From Setoptus koraiensis (lineage: Eukaryota; Animalia; Arthropoda): 64,000 bases of DNA. Positions within the stretch are counted from its first letter, which is position 1. Each line of letters opens with the position of its first letter. The DNA is taken from NCBI GenBank assembly GCA_048013815.1, contig CM106586.1, positions 4,712,001 to 4,776,000 of the forward strand, read 5' to 3'. The notes beneath the pieces are model-generated. The model was not told the DNA's origin, made no database searches, and saw nothing but the letters and a program-made list of their open reading frames with translations. Both the position numbers and the translations under genes were made by a program. This document shows, piece after piece, positions 1 through 11,542 of the stretch.

Positions 1-360
1 AGCGGCCACACAAATTGTTGCGCAACAATTGCACTGTCCACTCGCCGCTGCCATCATCAGCGCCACCGGGTCCAATGGGAGCTCCCAAAGTGAGTGCCAG
101 TCGCGCTTGGGAGCTCCCTCGCTGGCTGAGCCTGAGAAGAAGGTGCTCCCAATTGGTCGAGTCCCACGTGCCCCGCGCGAAGAGCGAGTCAACTTGGCCC
201 GCGCGAAAGTGTCGCCCGACTAAGTGATTGCGAGCCGGCCCGACTTGTCAGTGTTTAGTTACTAACAAGTGCAATTTGTTGCAACGAGTCGCCTACTCGG
301 GCCGCGTTGCCTGAGAATTCTCATTTATTCTTATATTTTATTTTTTATTGCACTACTGCT

Positions 361-510
361 AACGACCACAACAGCCACCACAACCACCGCAACCGCCACA
401 ACAACCGCCACGCTGATGACGCTGACGACGGCGGCCACGACGACGACAACAACGACAACAACAACGACGACGACAACGACGACAACGACGACAACCACGA
501 CAACCACGAC
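361..510. repeat. Degenerate (CAA/ACA/ACG)n trinucleotide array
   Basis: Directly visible; generates poly-T/N/V pseudo-ORFs in several frames. Confidence 0.9.
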
Positions 511-837
511 AGTCCATTCAGTGTTGTCAACTTTGTGTGACAGTGAGATTATCCACTCATTGTTGCTGATCCCAGCGCCACTTTGCACTGCCCTCCACTG
601 GCGAGCTAGCCTTGAATGAATATTCCCAACGAGCGCTTAACAAGCCATTATTCGCAGTAGTACAACAGCGAGCCGCTTGCCAAGACCGAAATAAGACACC
701 TTGTCTTTTCAATGTTTTCGTCGCTGTCTTTGTAACTGTTTTATTCTCTGGCTGCTGCTTGCTCGTTGCCATGATCCAGTTCTTTGTCTGTCCTTTGCTG
801 GCTCTGCTCGCCAATCGAGAACGAGTTGCGCCTCGAT

Positions 838-875
838 TGTTGTCGTCGTCGTTGTTGCCGTTGCTGCTGTTGTTT

Positions 876-916
<41 letters not shown>

Positions 917-980
917 GCCGTTGTTGTTGTTGCCGTTGTTGTTGCTGTTGTTGCTGTTGCCGTGTTCGCTGTCGTTGTTG
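838..980. repeat. (GTT/GCT)n trinucleotide array
   Basis: Directly visible; opposite orientation to the 361-510 array. Confidence 0.9.
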
Positions 981-2166
981 TGCTCGCTCAACGGTAAGTG
1001 TATCGTAACATGCAACAACTGAAAAAAGAACTCCGCACAAACACACGCATTCTCGCTTTGTTGGGCATCCTTGATAATTGGCGCACAATTGAGCCAAATG
1101 AGAAATCAAATCAGATCAAATTGGGTCCGATTATGCGATTATTCAATGTCCATTTTCAATCAAATGGACATTGAATAATCGCGTTGCGACCATATCAACG
1201 AGTATGATCACAATTGAATTTGCCATTCATCTGGCTTGTGATAAATGTGCAATGTTGTGCTACAGCGCGTTATGTTGCCTTATTATTATGTTACATTGCA
1301 ATGTCCGTGTCATGACCACCAACGAGTGGCTTGCAGCTAGTTGTTGCATAGATAGTTGCATAAATTAACTGTGCACGTGTTGCACCGTGACCGCAACAAT
1401 TGGTTACATTATTGAATATACTGGTGATATATTGGTGATACATTAAACGGATAATACCTGCCACCAATGTAACAAGCTGCAAGCACAAATTGCAGTTAAC
1501 TGCATTTCGACTGCACAGATAGTAATTTTGACATTTTATCGCTAGATGTCTGATAGATATCTGATTTATTTGTTGGTCGTGTGCCATTTGGGATTGGGTC
1601 GCCATTGTCATTATCGGCCGGTGCCAGTGCTCTTCCTAGTGGCCCCATCTGTGACCGAAGCGACGCACAATCAATTATCAACATCGATTCGATTAACATC
1701 GTTCGATCGCAACGGGGGCCCCGTTGCGATAACACAATAATCGCGTATAATAATTGTAATTGCAATGATATGTTGCCACTCATATTATACATTATTGTAT
1801 ATTAGGGCTGATAAGGCTCACAAGCCATTACCAAATTGTCCAAATTGAGACCATGATCAATGTTGTAATCGATGGCACGATCAATGTTGCAGTCAATGGC
1901 ATGATTGGCCACAACATTGTTCGTCAGTGCGGTCACCGTTACCTAAAACGCTCATTGTTTTGCTTATCTTCGCTCACCTTGTCTGATACTGGCCTGGCCA
2001 ATGTGTGGCTCATCACTGCATACACTAGTTGTGCGACGATGATGTAACGGATGACGCAACTATCCACTAAATATCCACTAACAATTGATTATTATCACGG
2101 TTGCATGACAATTTAATTAATTTAATTTCAATTTTTAATTTTTAATTTTTAGTGCGACTGGCCGGC

Positions 2167-2429
2167 CAACTGACCAACCGAGCGCAGCAGTTACATACAT
2201 TGCGCACTTGCACTCATGTAGCAAGCGAGTAATGTTGACCACTGTAATGTGTATTATGTAACATTGTTGTTGTTGCCGACTAACGGTCAATTTGCATACA
2301 ATCAACTTGCGCAACCTGTCCGCTTTGGCCTGTGCAATGACAATGCAACATGCATTAGTAGATATTAGCAGATCAGATCAGCGCAGATCAGCGCAGATTA
2401 GATCAATGACCGTGAACGGCGGCATCAAT
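2167..2429 (+). repeat. Left copy of a diverged direct repeat (partner 3203-3549)
   Basis: Shares long blocks with 3203-3549, e.g. aatgttgacca..tgtaatgtgtattatgtaacattgttgttgttg..cggtcaatttgcatacaatcaacttgcgcaac.tgtccgctttggcctgtgcaatgaca and gatc.atgaccgtgaacggc.gcatcaat. Confidence 0.9.
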
Positions 2430-2742
2430 CTGGCGCCAACTCGCTCGCTTGCCAGATATCATCTGACAGATAGAGATGTTGCCCTCGCCAGTCGCTTGCT
2501 GGCTTGAGCTGGCCAGTCGGCAAGCTAGCGGCCAGTCTGCGAGCTAGTGGCCAGTTCGTTCAAATGAGTTGGCCAAGTCTCAATAAGCCGAGAGAGATGG
2601 CAAACGATGTCGAAAAGAGTTGCCCACTTGTTGATGTTGCTGCCCAAAGCCCGAAACTCTCTCTCCAAAGCGATTGGGTATTGCTATGGGGCACCGGCAT
2701 TATTTGCAAACAAGCCGCAATGCGGCTCAACTGTATCTCGTA

Positions 2743-2957
2743 GTTGAGACCGTCAGGAAAAGGCCGCGTTTGTTCGTGCTGGCCTCCAGTGAAACGCCAA
2801 TTTGACATTGATCATTTGATCAATTTGACATATTCTTCTTTATTTTCTTCCGTCGCTTGGATGTCTGTTCCACCAGAATTCAATTGGCGGCCTCTAAACT
2901 GTCCTAAAACTGTTCAAAGTCGACTGCCAATTGTAGTTCGGGGCCGCACCCTTCAAT
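2743..2957 (-). pseudogene. Disabled fragment of a NEDD4-family (ITCH/WWP/Su(dx)-like) HECT E3 ubiquitin ligase
   Basis: Reconstructed peptide IEGCGPELQLAVDFE/VLGQFRGRQLNSGGTDIQATEENKEEYVKL[IK*S]MSNWRFTGGQHEQTRPFPDGLN matches the recalled HECT N-lobe segment IEECGLE..FSVDxExLG..SHDLK.GG.NI.VTEENKEEY..LMT.WRF.RG..EQT.AFLDGFN. A 2-nt insertion (2911-2912) and a 12-nt insertion carrying TGA (2812-2814) disrupt it. Confidence 0.85.
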
Positions 2958-3202
2958 GGGACACGGTCTTGGGCTTCATGGGGCCAGCTCATATCGGGGT
3001 TCATTTCAATTTCGGACACTTCCTGTCACGCAGAGGCTCCACGTTATTCTAGGTATTGATGGCACTTGTGCAAGAACAAGATATTTCCCATTAATTGAGC
3101 ATCATGCCGACAGGATACAAAAACCTCTGGCGGCTGGCTTGGCCGCGTGGCTGAGATTGGCGCAATTTTGGCCACAATGTTAAGCTTGTTTAGCTTGCCA
3201 AG

Positions 3203-3549
3203 CAACTGACCAGCTGAAGTGAGCAGCATTGCACACTCGTACTCATGTATCATGGGCAATGTTGACCAATGTAATGTGTATTATGTAACATTGTTGTTGT
3301 TGTCGGCTGGCGGTCAATTTGCATACAATCAACTTGCGCAACTTGTCCGCTTTGGCCTGTGCAATGACAGTGCATTAGCAGATCAGATCAGCGCAGATCT
3401 GAGCGGATTCGAGCGGATTCGAGCGAAATTGAGCGAATTTGGGCGAATTTAGGAGAATTTGAGCGAATTTGGGAGAATTTGAGCGAATTTGGGCGAATTT
3501 GAGTAGATCAGAGCAGATCGGATCGATGACCGTGAACGGCAGCATCAAT
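3203..3549 (+). repeat. Right copy of the diverged direct repeat, with an internal 10-bp tandem expansion (gagcgaattt x10, 3401-3500)
   Basis: Alignment by eye to 2167-2429; tandem units directly visible. Confidence 0.9.
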
Positions 3550-4306
3550 TTAGTTGTTAATGTTGTTGCCTGGAGCCTGAAATTTCTCATTGGCTCAAAC
3601 GGGCGAGAATTGGCAGCCGAGTTGGGTCGCTCTCGGTCGGTTGTTGCGTTCGCGTCTCCTGTTCGTGAGCGAGCGCGCTGGCCCAATGGCAACAGCAACA
3701 ACAACAGCAGCAACAACAGCAGCAACAGCAGCAACAACAACATCAACTGGTGATGTTGTTGTTGCACTTTCGCTGCCCGCCAGTTGCCGTAACAACAACA
3801 ATGGCGATTTCAGCAGGTGAGTGTTTCGAAATTGGAATTGATCGATTAGTTGCGCGCGCGCGCGCACAAACACCAGTTAATGATTAATAATATCTATCCA
3901 TCTTTGCCGTGTCTCACCTAGCTCGCCGGCTCGCACACACACACACTCTGTTGGCGCAAGGCATACCGTTACACACACGCTCACTGGCCAGTCGACGATC
4001 GATTGCGCCCTGCGACTGGCACACTGTGAGCCCGTCCGACGGCCGGCTAAGCCGGACAGTGAGCTGTCGCTCGTTGGCGCGCTCGTCGGGTTGCCGGCAC
4101 AGAACGCGGCCCGTTGCGTCCGCTAACCAGCCGCCGACACTGTCAAGCGCGCGACCGTCGGGCGAGCCGACGGGCTCGCGCGACCCAGCGACAGCGACAC
4201 GAATTTGGCAAGCTCCGCCCTGGAAGCGCGCAAGCGAACGAGCCAAAGTCAAGTTGTGGCGGCTGCGGCTCGCGCAACAACGCGACACGCACTGGCTGAA
4301 GGTGGC

Positions 4307-4395
4307 GGCCAGCGCGGCTAGTTGTAGTCGGGCCAGCGCGGCTAGCTGTAGACGGGCCAACGCGGCTAGTTGTAAACGGGCCAGCAGCGCGGCTT
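4307..4395 (+). repeat. 24-bp tandem repeat (about 3.5 copies) immediately upstream of the cuticle gene TATA box
   Basis: ggccagcgcggctagttgtagtcg / ggccagcgcggctagctgtagacg / ggccaacgcggctagttgtaaacg / partial fourth copy. Confidence 0.85.
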
Positions 4396-4410
4396 GCGGC
4401 GCCCGACGGG

Positions 4411-4448
4411 TATAAAAGGGCGCCACTAATGGCGAGACAGCAACAGTC
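4411..4448 (+). promoter_or_regulatory. TATA box (TATAAAA 4411-4417) and Inr-like ACAGTC (4443-4448) of the cuticle gene
   Basis: Canonical TATAAAAG about 30 bp before an arthropod Inr-like motif and about 230 bp before the ATG. Confidence 0.75.
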
Positions 4449-4645
4449 AAGCACAAGCGACCAGTAGTGATACAAGCCAGAGATTAGTCGTCGAGATCAA
4501 CGCGCAACCAGCAAATCGCAACACAGTGAGAACCAATCAATCGACCAATCAGCTAATTAATTAATTAAATAATTAATAAATTAACAGCAGCAGCAGCAAC
4601 AATCAACAGCAAGCACACAACAGCAGCAATAGCAGCAGCAGCAAA

Positions 4646-5828
4646 ATGTACGCCGCCGTCAAATTGATCCTAATTATTTCGTCCAGCGTGGCCTTGGTAT
4701 CATGCAGTTACTTGCCCGCAGCGCCCGCCGTTGCCGTACCGGCGGCCATATCAACCGGTGTGAGTGCCCAAACAAGAAGCCAAGACAGTTTAGGTAACTA
4801 CAGATTTGCCTATGACATCGTCGACCACTTGGGGGCGCGCAACGGGCGCAGCGAATCCGGCGACGCTCTCGGAAACAAGGTGGGCAGCTACTCCATTGCC
4901 GACATTGACGGGCGCGTCCGTCGCGTAGACTACGTCGCCGACGACTACGGTTTCCGCGCCTCAATCCAAACAAACGAACAGGGAACCGCCCCGTCGAACA
5001 CCGGCGGAGCCTCCTACAGCCCCCCGTTGGTGGCCGCGGCACCCGTCGCCATTGCCGGTAAGTACTCCCACACTCGCTCACTGCGAGCAAAATCTCAATC
5101 TGACTGTCGCAATCTGACCGCCGCAATCTGACCGGCGCGTCGACGCCCACTGTCGCGGCCGAAATGGGCCCGGCGCCGCGGCTCAACGGGCCGCCGCTTG
5201 TGTCGGCCCGTCTCGTCTCACCTGTTGATTCGCGAGCAGCGGCGGACAGTTGCGCGGCTAATCATGCGCGGACAGAGCACGCGATGCGCGCCCCTCAATC
5301 AGTGATCAATTGACCACTTGAATGATCACTAATTAAGGGGCGCGACGCTGGCGCGATCAGTGCGCGTAATCGCACAAACGAGCCAGTGTCGAAATGACAA
5401 GGCGAGTTTTATCCGTTCAGTACACGGGCACAACCAGCTAAACCCAAACCCTGTATGTTCTTCTATTCCAACTCGCACGACTCGATTGACTCGCACGACT
5501 CGATTGACTCGATCGACTCGATGATTCGGTTGATTCGACTGAATTGAACAACCCGACACGACACAACAAAACTGAATCAATGATGAACCAAACAATGATT
5601 TGAAATGGCCAATTTGAACGCACCATCACATGAAATAAAATAAATAAAAACAAACCGAAACGATTTGATTTGCGCGCCTGAATTACACCCGCACCGTTAG
5701 CACCCGCAGCGTACCCAGCTCTGGCCGCACCAGCACCCGCCATCATCGACTCAATGGCAAAACTATTGGCGCCCGGAGTGCCCGCGTACGGAGCGTCGCC
5801 TCTTTACGGTTACGCAAGGAAGGCCTAA
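4646..5828 (+). CDS. Cuticle protein with chitin-binding Rebers-Riddiford (RR) domain, 179 aa; join(4646..5057,5701..5828)
   Basis: Signal peptide MYAAVKLILIISSSVALVSC; RR consensus YRFAYD..ESGD..GNKVGSYS.ADIDGRVRRVDYVADDYGFRASIQTNEQG; AAP(A/V) repeats. A GTAAGT donor at 5058 (phase 1) joins TAG acceptor 5699-5700 in frame to APAAYPALAAPAP...YGYARKA*. Confidence 0.92.
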
Positions 5829-5889
5829 GTTGTTGTGCTGCCTAGACAGCGTTGTCAGCTAGACAGACAGTGTAGCAAACGCATTGCCA

Positions 5890-5895
5890 AATAAA
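5890..5895 (+). terminator. Polyadenylation signal AATAAA of the cuticle gene
   Basis: Canonical hexamer about 60 bp after the stop codon. Confidence 0.6.
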
Positions 5896-7550
5896 CCCAC
5901 TATTCACACAACGACGACACACGACACGCCACGACACGACACAACACGACAAATGGACAACACATATGGAGCACATTGCGCAACAGCATTCATTCACAGT
6001 ATCAGTATCAGTATGATGATGATGATGATGATGACGTAACAAGCTAAGTTAAGAGGGATTATCCAGTTGAGTGATACGCATGCATTATAATTATAACTGT
6101 TTAGCATGATTGCATGAATCGCTAATCGACGGCAATCACTGCAACGTGTGGCTATAATGCGAGATGCGGCATGTGGCCCGCTCATCATGTAGGCCATTGT
6201 TGTAAGATCGTGTGTAAAATATGTCCGATGTATATGTATTAAACAAAACATTTTTTCTTTTTTCAACTATTAAATATGGAACTTTATTGCCCAACTAATT
6301 TATCATACCAAGCATACATTATTATTACTCTGTTGTGGCAACCTCTAAAATTCGTTAATTGTTGCATCAATTGATTGATTAATTAATTAATTATTATGGC
6401 GCAAACTGGCAACTTGTCGCTCTCAATATTTTGCTCGATCTGCAAACGATCGCCACTCGTCCAACGGCAACCTGTTGCCAACGCAGTGGACAGCGAGCGG
6501 AAACACTCACAAAAATGTTGCCAAACAGCGGCCAACTGTCCAGCCAACAGCACACAATCGATACAATTATTAACTGTGCTATTAACTGCTCAACTCGTCA
6601 CTTACATAACATCTCTTATAACATCTGCCAAATCACTGCCAAATTGTTATTATTTTGCATTTGTTGGACTGCTCTCTATTTTGGCGACCAGCAAACCGGA
6701 CGCTGGCCCGTTCACCTGTTGCCAGGCTCGCACTTGCGTCAGCCAATTTCCTGTTCGCTGAGCTGACAATGAGTGAGCGAGCAATCAGTCGGTCGCATCA
6801 GCACCGACACAACACACAAACTCTTGCCTGGGTATAGAGATCGAGTTGTTCTGTCACGATTATTCTGTATAATAATGATGTGAATGATGAATCGGCCAAC
6901 ATTCAATCGATCCATTCAAATCAAATTGATTAAATCACATTATCCGCTGGCTGCCTCAATCTGAAGCCAGCGAATAAACAGGCCGCAGCCAGATCAAATT
7001 GAGCCATCCATTGCCGTCCATATACAGTGAGCGAGCCACGCCAATGGGTGCCTACGTTGCGAGCTCAGGTGTCTAAATGATGGGGCCACTGGCTAACTTT
7101 GTCAGTTGACTGCTGGCACAAACACAACACAAACAAAATCCCCGGGGCTACTGAAAGTCACTCTCACACTCCCGTCGCAGCGAAAACAACAAAACATCCG
7201 CCGATCCGCCGATCCGCAACTTGCGCTCTTTTAATTGTTGATTGTGTTAATTGTTTGCCACTGACAGTGGCGCAATAATCATAATTGTTTTACCTGTCAC
7301 CTGTCGCCTGCTACCTGTTACCTGTTATCTATGTTTAACTGTTTGGGGTAATGTGATGATTACATAACGTATGTGCATTTGCATATTGTTGCGCCAACAA
7401 ATCTAACTGTTTCACACAATTCTGACAGTAGCCCGACAATCAATTGTGAGTTTGGTGTTTCTGTCCAGAGGCTCACGCTTGCCGGCAGCATCTTTGTCTT
7501 TGTTGCAATTCGGTTTATTTTTGGTCATTATTGCTCTTATTTGTCATGAC

Positions 7551-7585
<35 letters not shown>

Positions 7586-8071
7586 CGACAATCACATAAC
7601 ATAATAACACAATGAACGCAACACGATGACGCAATAGCGCCGCGATACTTGCCTGCGTCGCTTCCGGCATTTAATTGTTTCACATCGTGCATCACACACA
7701 CACTCATGCAAAGTTACGCAAGTTGTATAGTGTAAGTGCTGTTAGTTGGTTGCGCAACATACAACTGAAACAAGTGCAAGTTAATTGTTAACAGTTGTAT
7801 ACGCTTGGTGGCCGTAATAGAAGCCTAACAGTTGTAAGTTCAAGGTGTCAATATACTATCATTATTTATATTTATATACGTGCTCATGCGCGCCCCTTCT
7901 TATCAGTTACTGACCGTCGCTCGGCCAGTGGAGCAGTTGTGACTGTAACGGTATCAAGAGCAGATATGATTGAGACATTAATGCATGTTGTTGTTGCTGT
8001 TGTAGTTGTTGTTGTAGTTGTCGTTGTTGTTGTTGTTGTTGTTGCTGTTGTTGCTGTCGGTGCCAGCAGAC

Positions 8072-8119
<48 letters not shown>

Positions 8120-9262
8120 CAACAACGGGGCAAAATTAATGCATCCGCAAGCCATAATTAATTTGCAAGCGCTAATAAACAACTCATAACAACAACAACA
8201 ACACAAAAACACAGCAGCAACAACAACAACAACACAACGACAACACAACAACAACAACAACAACGGCAACAACAACATGTGATGCAATATAAATCGCTTA
8301 CAATATAAAAATATTTGTATTACACATGCGTACAGTATAACAAGCTGGTTGCATTTACAATTGTTATACACAAACACAAACAGAGATTGTTGTAGTGCAC
8401 AGAGACAGGTAATAATAATAAAGTTGCTGCAATATAACTGGCCATCGGATGATAACAGCAAACACTTGTTGTTGTTGGGCTTGATAGTGGCGTTAGGCGC
8501 CTTTGTCGTTTGTTGCATTGAGTTGCCATGAGCGAGATTACGTTTAATTGCGTCATCATTATCGTCCTTTTGTCGTTAATTTGTTTGTGTTCATGCTATG
8601 TTATCTATCTATTAAACGGACAAACACACTTTTTGCTGTACAAGTAGTTACACTTGTGTGCACGATCATAGTTTTAGTGCCATCAACTGACTTGTGAGAC
8701 CATTAGCGCACAACTGTCGATATCAACAATGGCAATGGCATTGACGCAATCAAAACGCATTGACAGAGATAGGAAATTCATTAATCCGGCTGCCAGTCGT
8801 TGTTGCCATTGGTCAACAACGACGACGACGACAACAACAACACAAACACACGGCAGCAGCAACAACGACGACGACAACAACGACGACAGCCGCTCGGGCC
8901 ATCGGATAGATCCAATTAGCCGGTCTTGGCTTTATGCAAAGTGTCAGGTTCATAGGTCACGACAATGAAAACGCTGACCACTTAGCTTACAAACGAGCCC
9001 GTCGCCCTGTTTGTGTCGCTCGATCGGTTTATCGGCTATCTAACAGATTGATTTCGCTAATGAATCAGCACGCAATTGAGCGGGCCAATTGAACGACAGA
9101 CGGGTCAGCAGCGCCGTTATTTGGTTTGTTGGTAGATTTGTTTGTTATTCGTTGCCAATTTGCGCTGTTTGCACTTGTTGGCCGACAGTTGGCAGCCTGC
9201 CGGACAGCCCTACTTTGGTTATTCGCTTTCGTTATATTCACGTTATGTTCACGTCTTATCCA

Positions 9263-9340
9263 CGTCACATTCGCGTAATATCAGCGTCACATTCGCGTAA
9301 TATCAGCGTCACATTCACGTTATATCAGCGTCATATTCAC
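9263..9340. repeat. 22-bp tandem repeat (cgtcacattcgcgtaatatcag, about 3.5 copies)
   Basis: Directly visible, with degenerate flanking half-units. Confidence 0.8.
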
Positions 9341-9582
9341 GTCATATTGGCGTCGTTTCATGGGCACTATCAGCTTGATTCCATGCGACCCAGTCGCTCA
9401 AAAGGCCGCCTCGGGTTCTCAGGCGAGCTGCCAGCCAACAAACAAATTAGATGACGTTTAGCTGGCACATCTGACACGCTGCCAACAGCTGAGCAATGAC
9501 AGCGCTGTTTCAATTGTTAGCAATGGGGCAGCCCATGAAATAAACATACGACCAACAACAGCAGCAACAGCAGCAGCAGCAG

Positions 9583-9616
<34 letters not shown>

Positions 9617-11542
9617 AACGACAACAACAACAACAACGACAACAACAACAACAGGTAGCTTATTATTGCAGTGCAGATATTACCGTTATTAATAATAATA
9701 CGCGCCGATTGTTATTAATAAATGCTGGCCAGGCAACTAGCCGCCGCTGAATTACACGCTGAGTGTTTGTGTGATTAATCCGCAATGATAGTTATTATCT
9801 AATAGCTGGCAATGATAGATGGATAAACTATTATAAATTAAGCGGCGGCGGCGGCGGCGCCAGTGCGTGCGCAACCCAACCAGTGCGTGTGTTACGTAAT
9901 ACTAATTCCATCAAGTGGCGCATAGGTGAGTAAGCTGGCCAAAGTTAAACAATTGACCGATTATAGTTCATTGTCACAATAAAAACAACAACAACAGCGG
10001 CAACAACAACAACAACAACAACAACAGCGCCAACCACAGCCGAAATAGCGATCGTCTCGCGGGCGATCGTCAGGGCCAGCGTCGGTAGAGCGCCCGAACA
10101 AGCAACAATAGTAATAAGTAATAAGCAACAAGCATTTAATATTGCATTAAATACAACAGTCTTGCCAACCTTGCTCGCTGTTGCGTAATATCTCTGGATC
10201 TGCGATATCTCTATTGGCTGGCTGGCTGGCTGGCATCTGCTGTGAAGCGGACAGTTTGACTTGTGAGTGGCAAGTAGCGAGTTTAATTTAAACTACAGGC
10301 ACAGGTAGCGCCAGATAGAGGCAGGTAGTGGCGGGTAGTGGCGGGTATCGGCGGGTATCGGCAGGTAGCGAGCGTCTCGAGCGGCGATAGTGACAGGCGT
10401 CAGTCGGATCAATCAGATGCGCACGCGCTCGCTCGATCGCATTTAAATAAAAATAAAAACACAATTGTTGTTGATGCTGTTGTTGGCCTCTATTTGTTGT
10501 GACTACTTGGCGCTTGTGTTGTGCTATCTCACAAGTGGCCAGTCACAAGTGGCCAGTCACAGCCAGCGACAGTTAGCTAGCGAGTTTGTAAACAAGTTCG
10601 TGATTCAACAGGTCGCAAACAAACAATCGGCACCCGACGATGCACCTGTTGCTCACTTGCTCGATTGTTTGGCCACCACCAATCACAGCATATCCGCCGC
10701 TTGGCGGCCACCTGTTGACGCAACTATGCACCACTGACCACCACAGGTTGCCAAGTCAGTTGGTGGTGCAAATGTAACAACAATGCTCAACAACCATTAA
10801 CTGTTGTTGTTGTTGTTGTTGTTGTTGTTGCTGTTGCTGTGCACTGTTTGCCACTGTGCGCAACAGCGACACAACAATGCAAACAATTGAATGGTCAGTG
10901 GTCAACAAGTGTGCTGACCACTGACCATCGATACATTTGTTGTTGCGGTTGGCACGCTGTTGTTTCCATGTTGCTGTTGGCGACCATGCCAACAGCAACA
11001 GCAACAACAGCAACAACAAACTCAATACCAGCAATCGACACACGCTGACAGCTTGCCATAAATCAGCTGCTGCTCTCATTGATCGCAATAAATCGCTATG
11101 AATCGCAATGAATCGCAATCGATCGCATTCGATCGCATTCGAGAGCAAACAACCGTTTTATCTAGCCACACACACACACACACACAAGTAACGGTCACTC
11201 TGACACCAACTGCTCATACACGTACATGCCTGATACACGTTGCAAGCGGCGGCAAGTGGTTGCGGTTACGGTCAATCTCAATGGAGTCATTGTTACTTGA
11301 GCCAGCGGTCTGACACCAAAATCAAACTGGCCGCTCTAAATAACAATTAATAATTAAGGGCAATAACGTATTCCGACATTGGCTATTTATTATTCCATGC
11401 CAGCTTGTTGTGAACACAAAACAAAACAGCGCTTATCATTAATTATTAGGCGCATATTTTATATATTATTCATCAATTATTATTAATTATCAATCAATGT
11501 ATTATCATGGTGCTGCATCAGCTGACTGTGACACAGATACAA

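Noticed and set aside
5058-5131. C-terminal tail GKYSHTRSLRAKSQSDCRNLTAAI of the 161-aa cuticle ORF
   Set aside because: It is read-through into the intron past a perfect GTAAGT donor; the true C-terminus is in exon 2.
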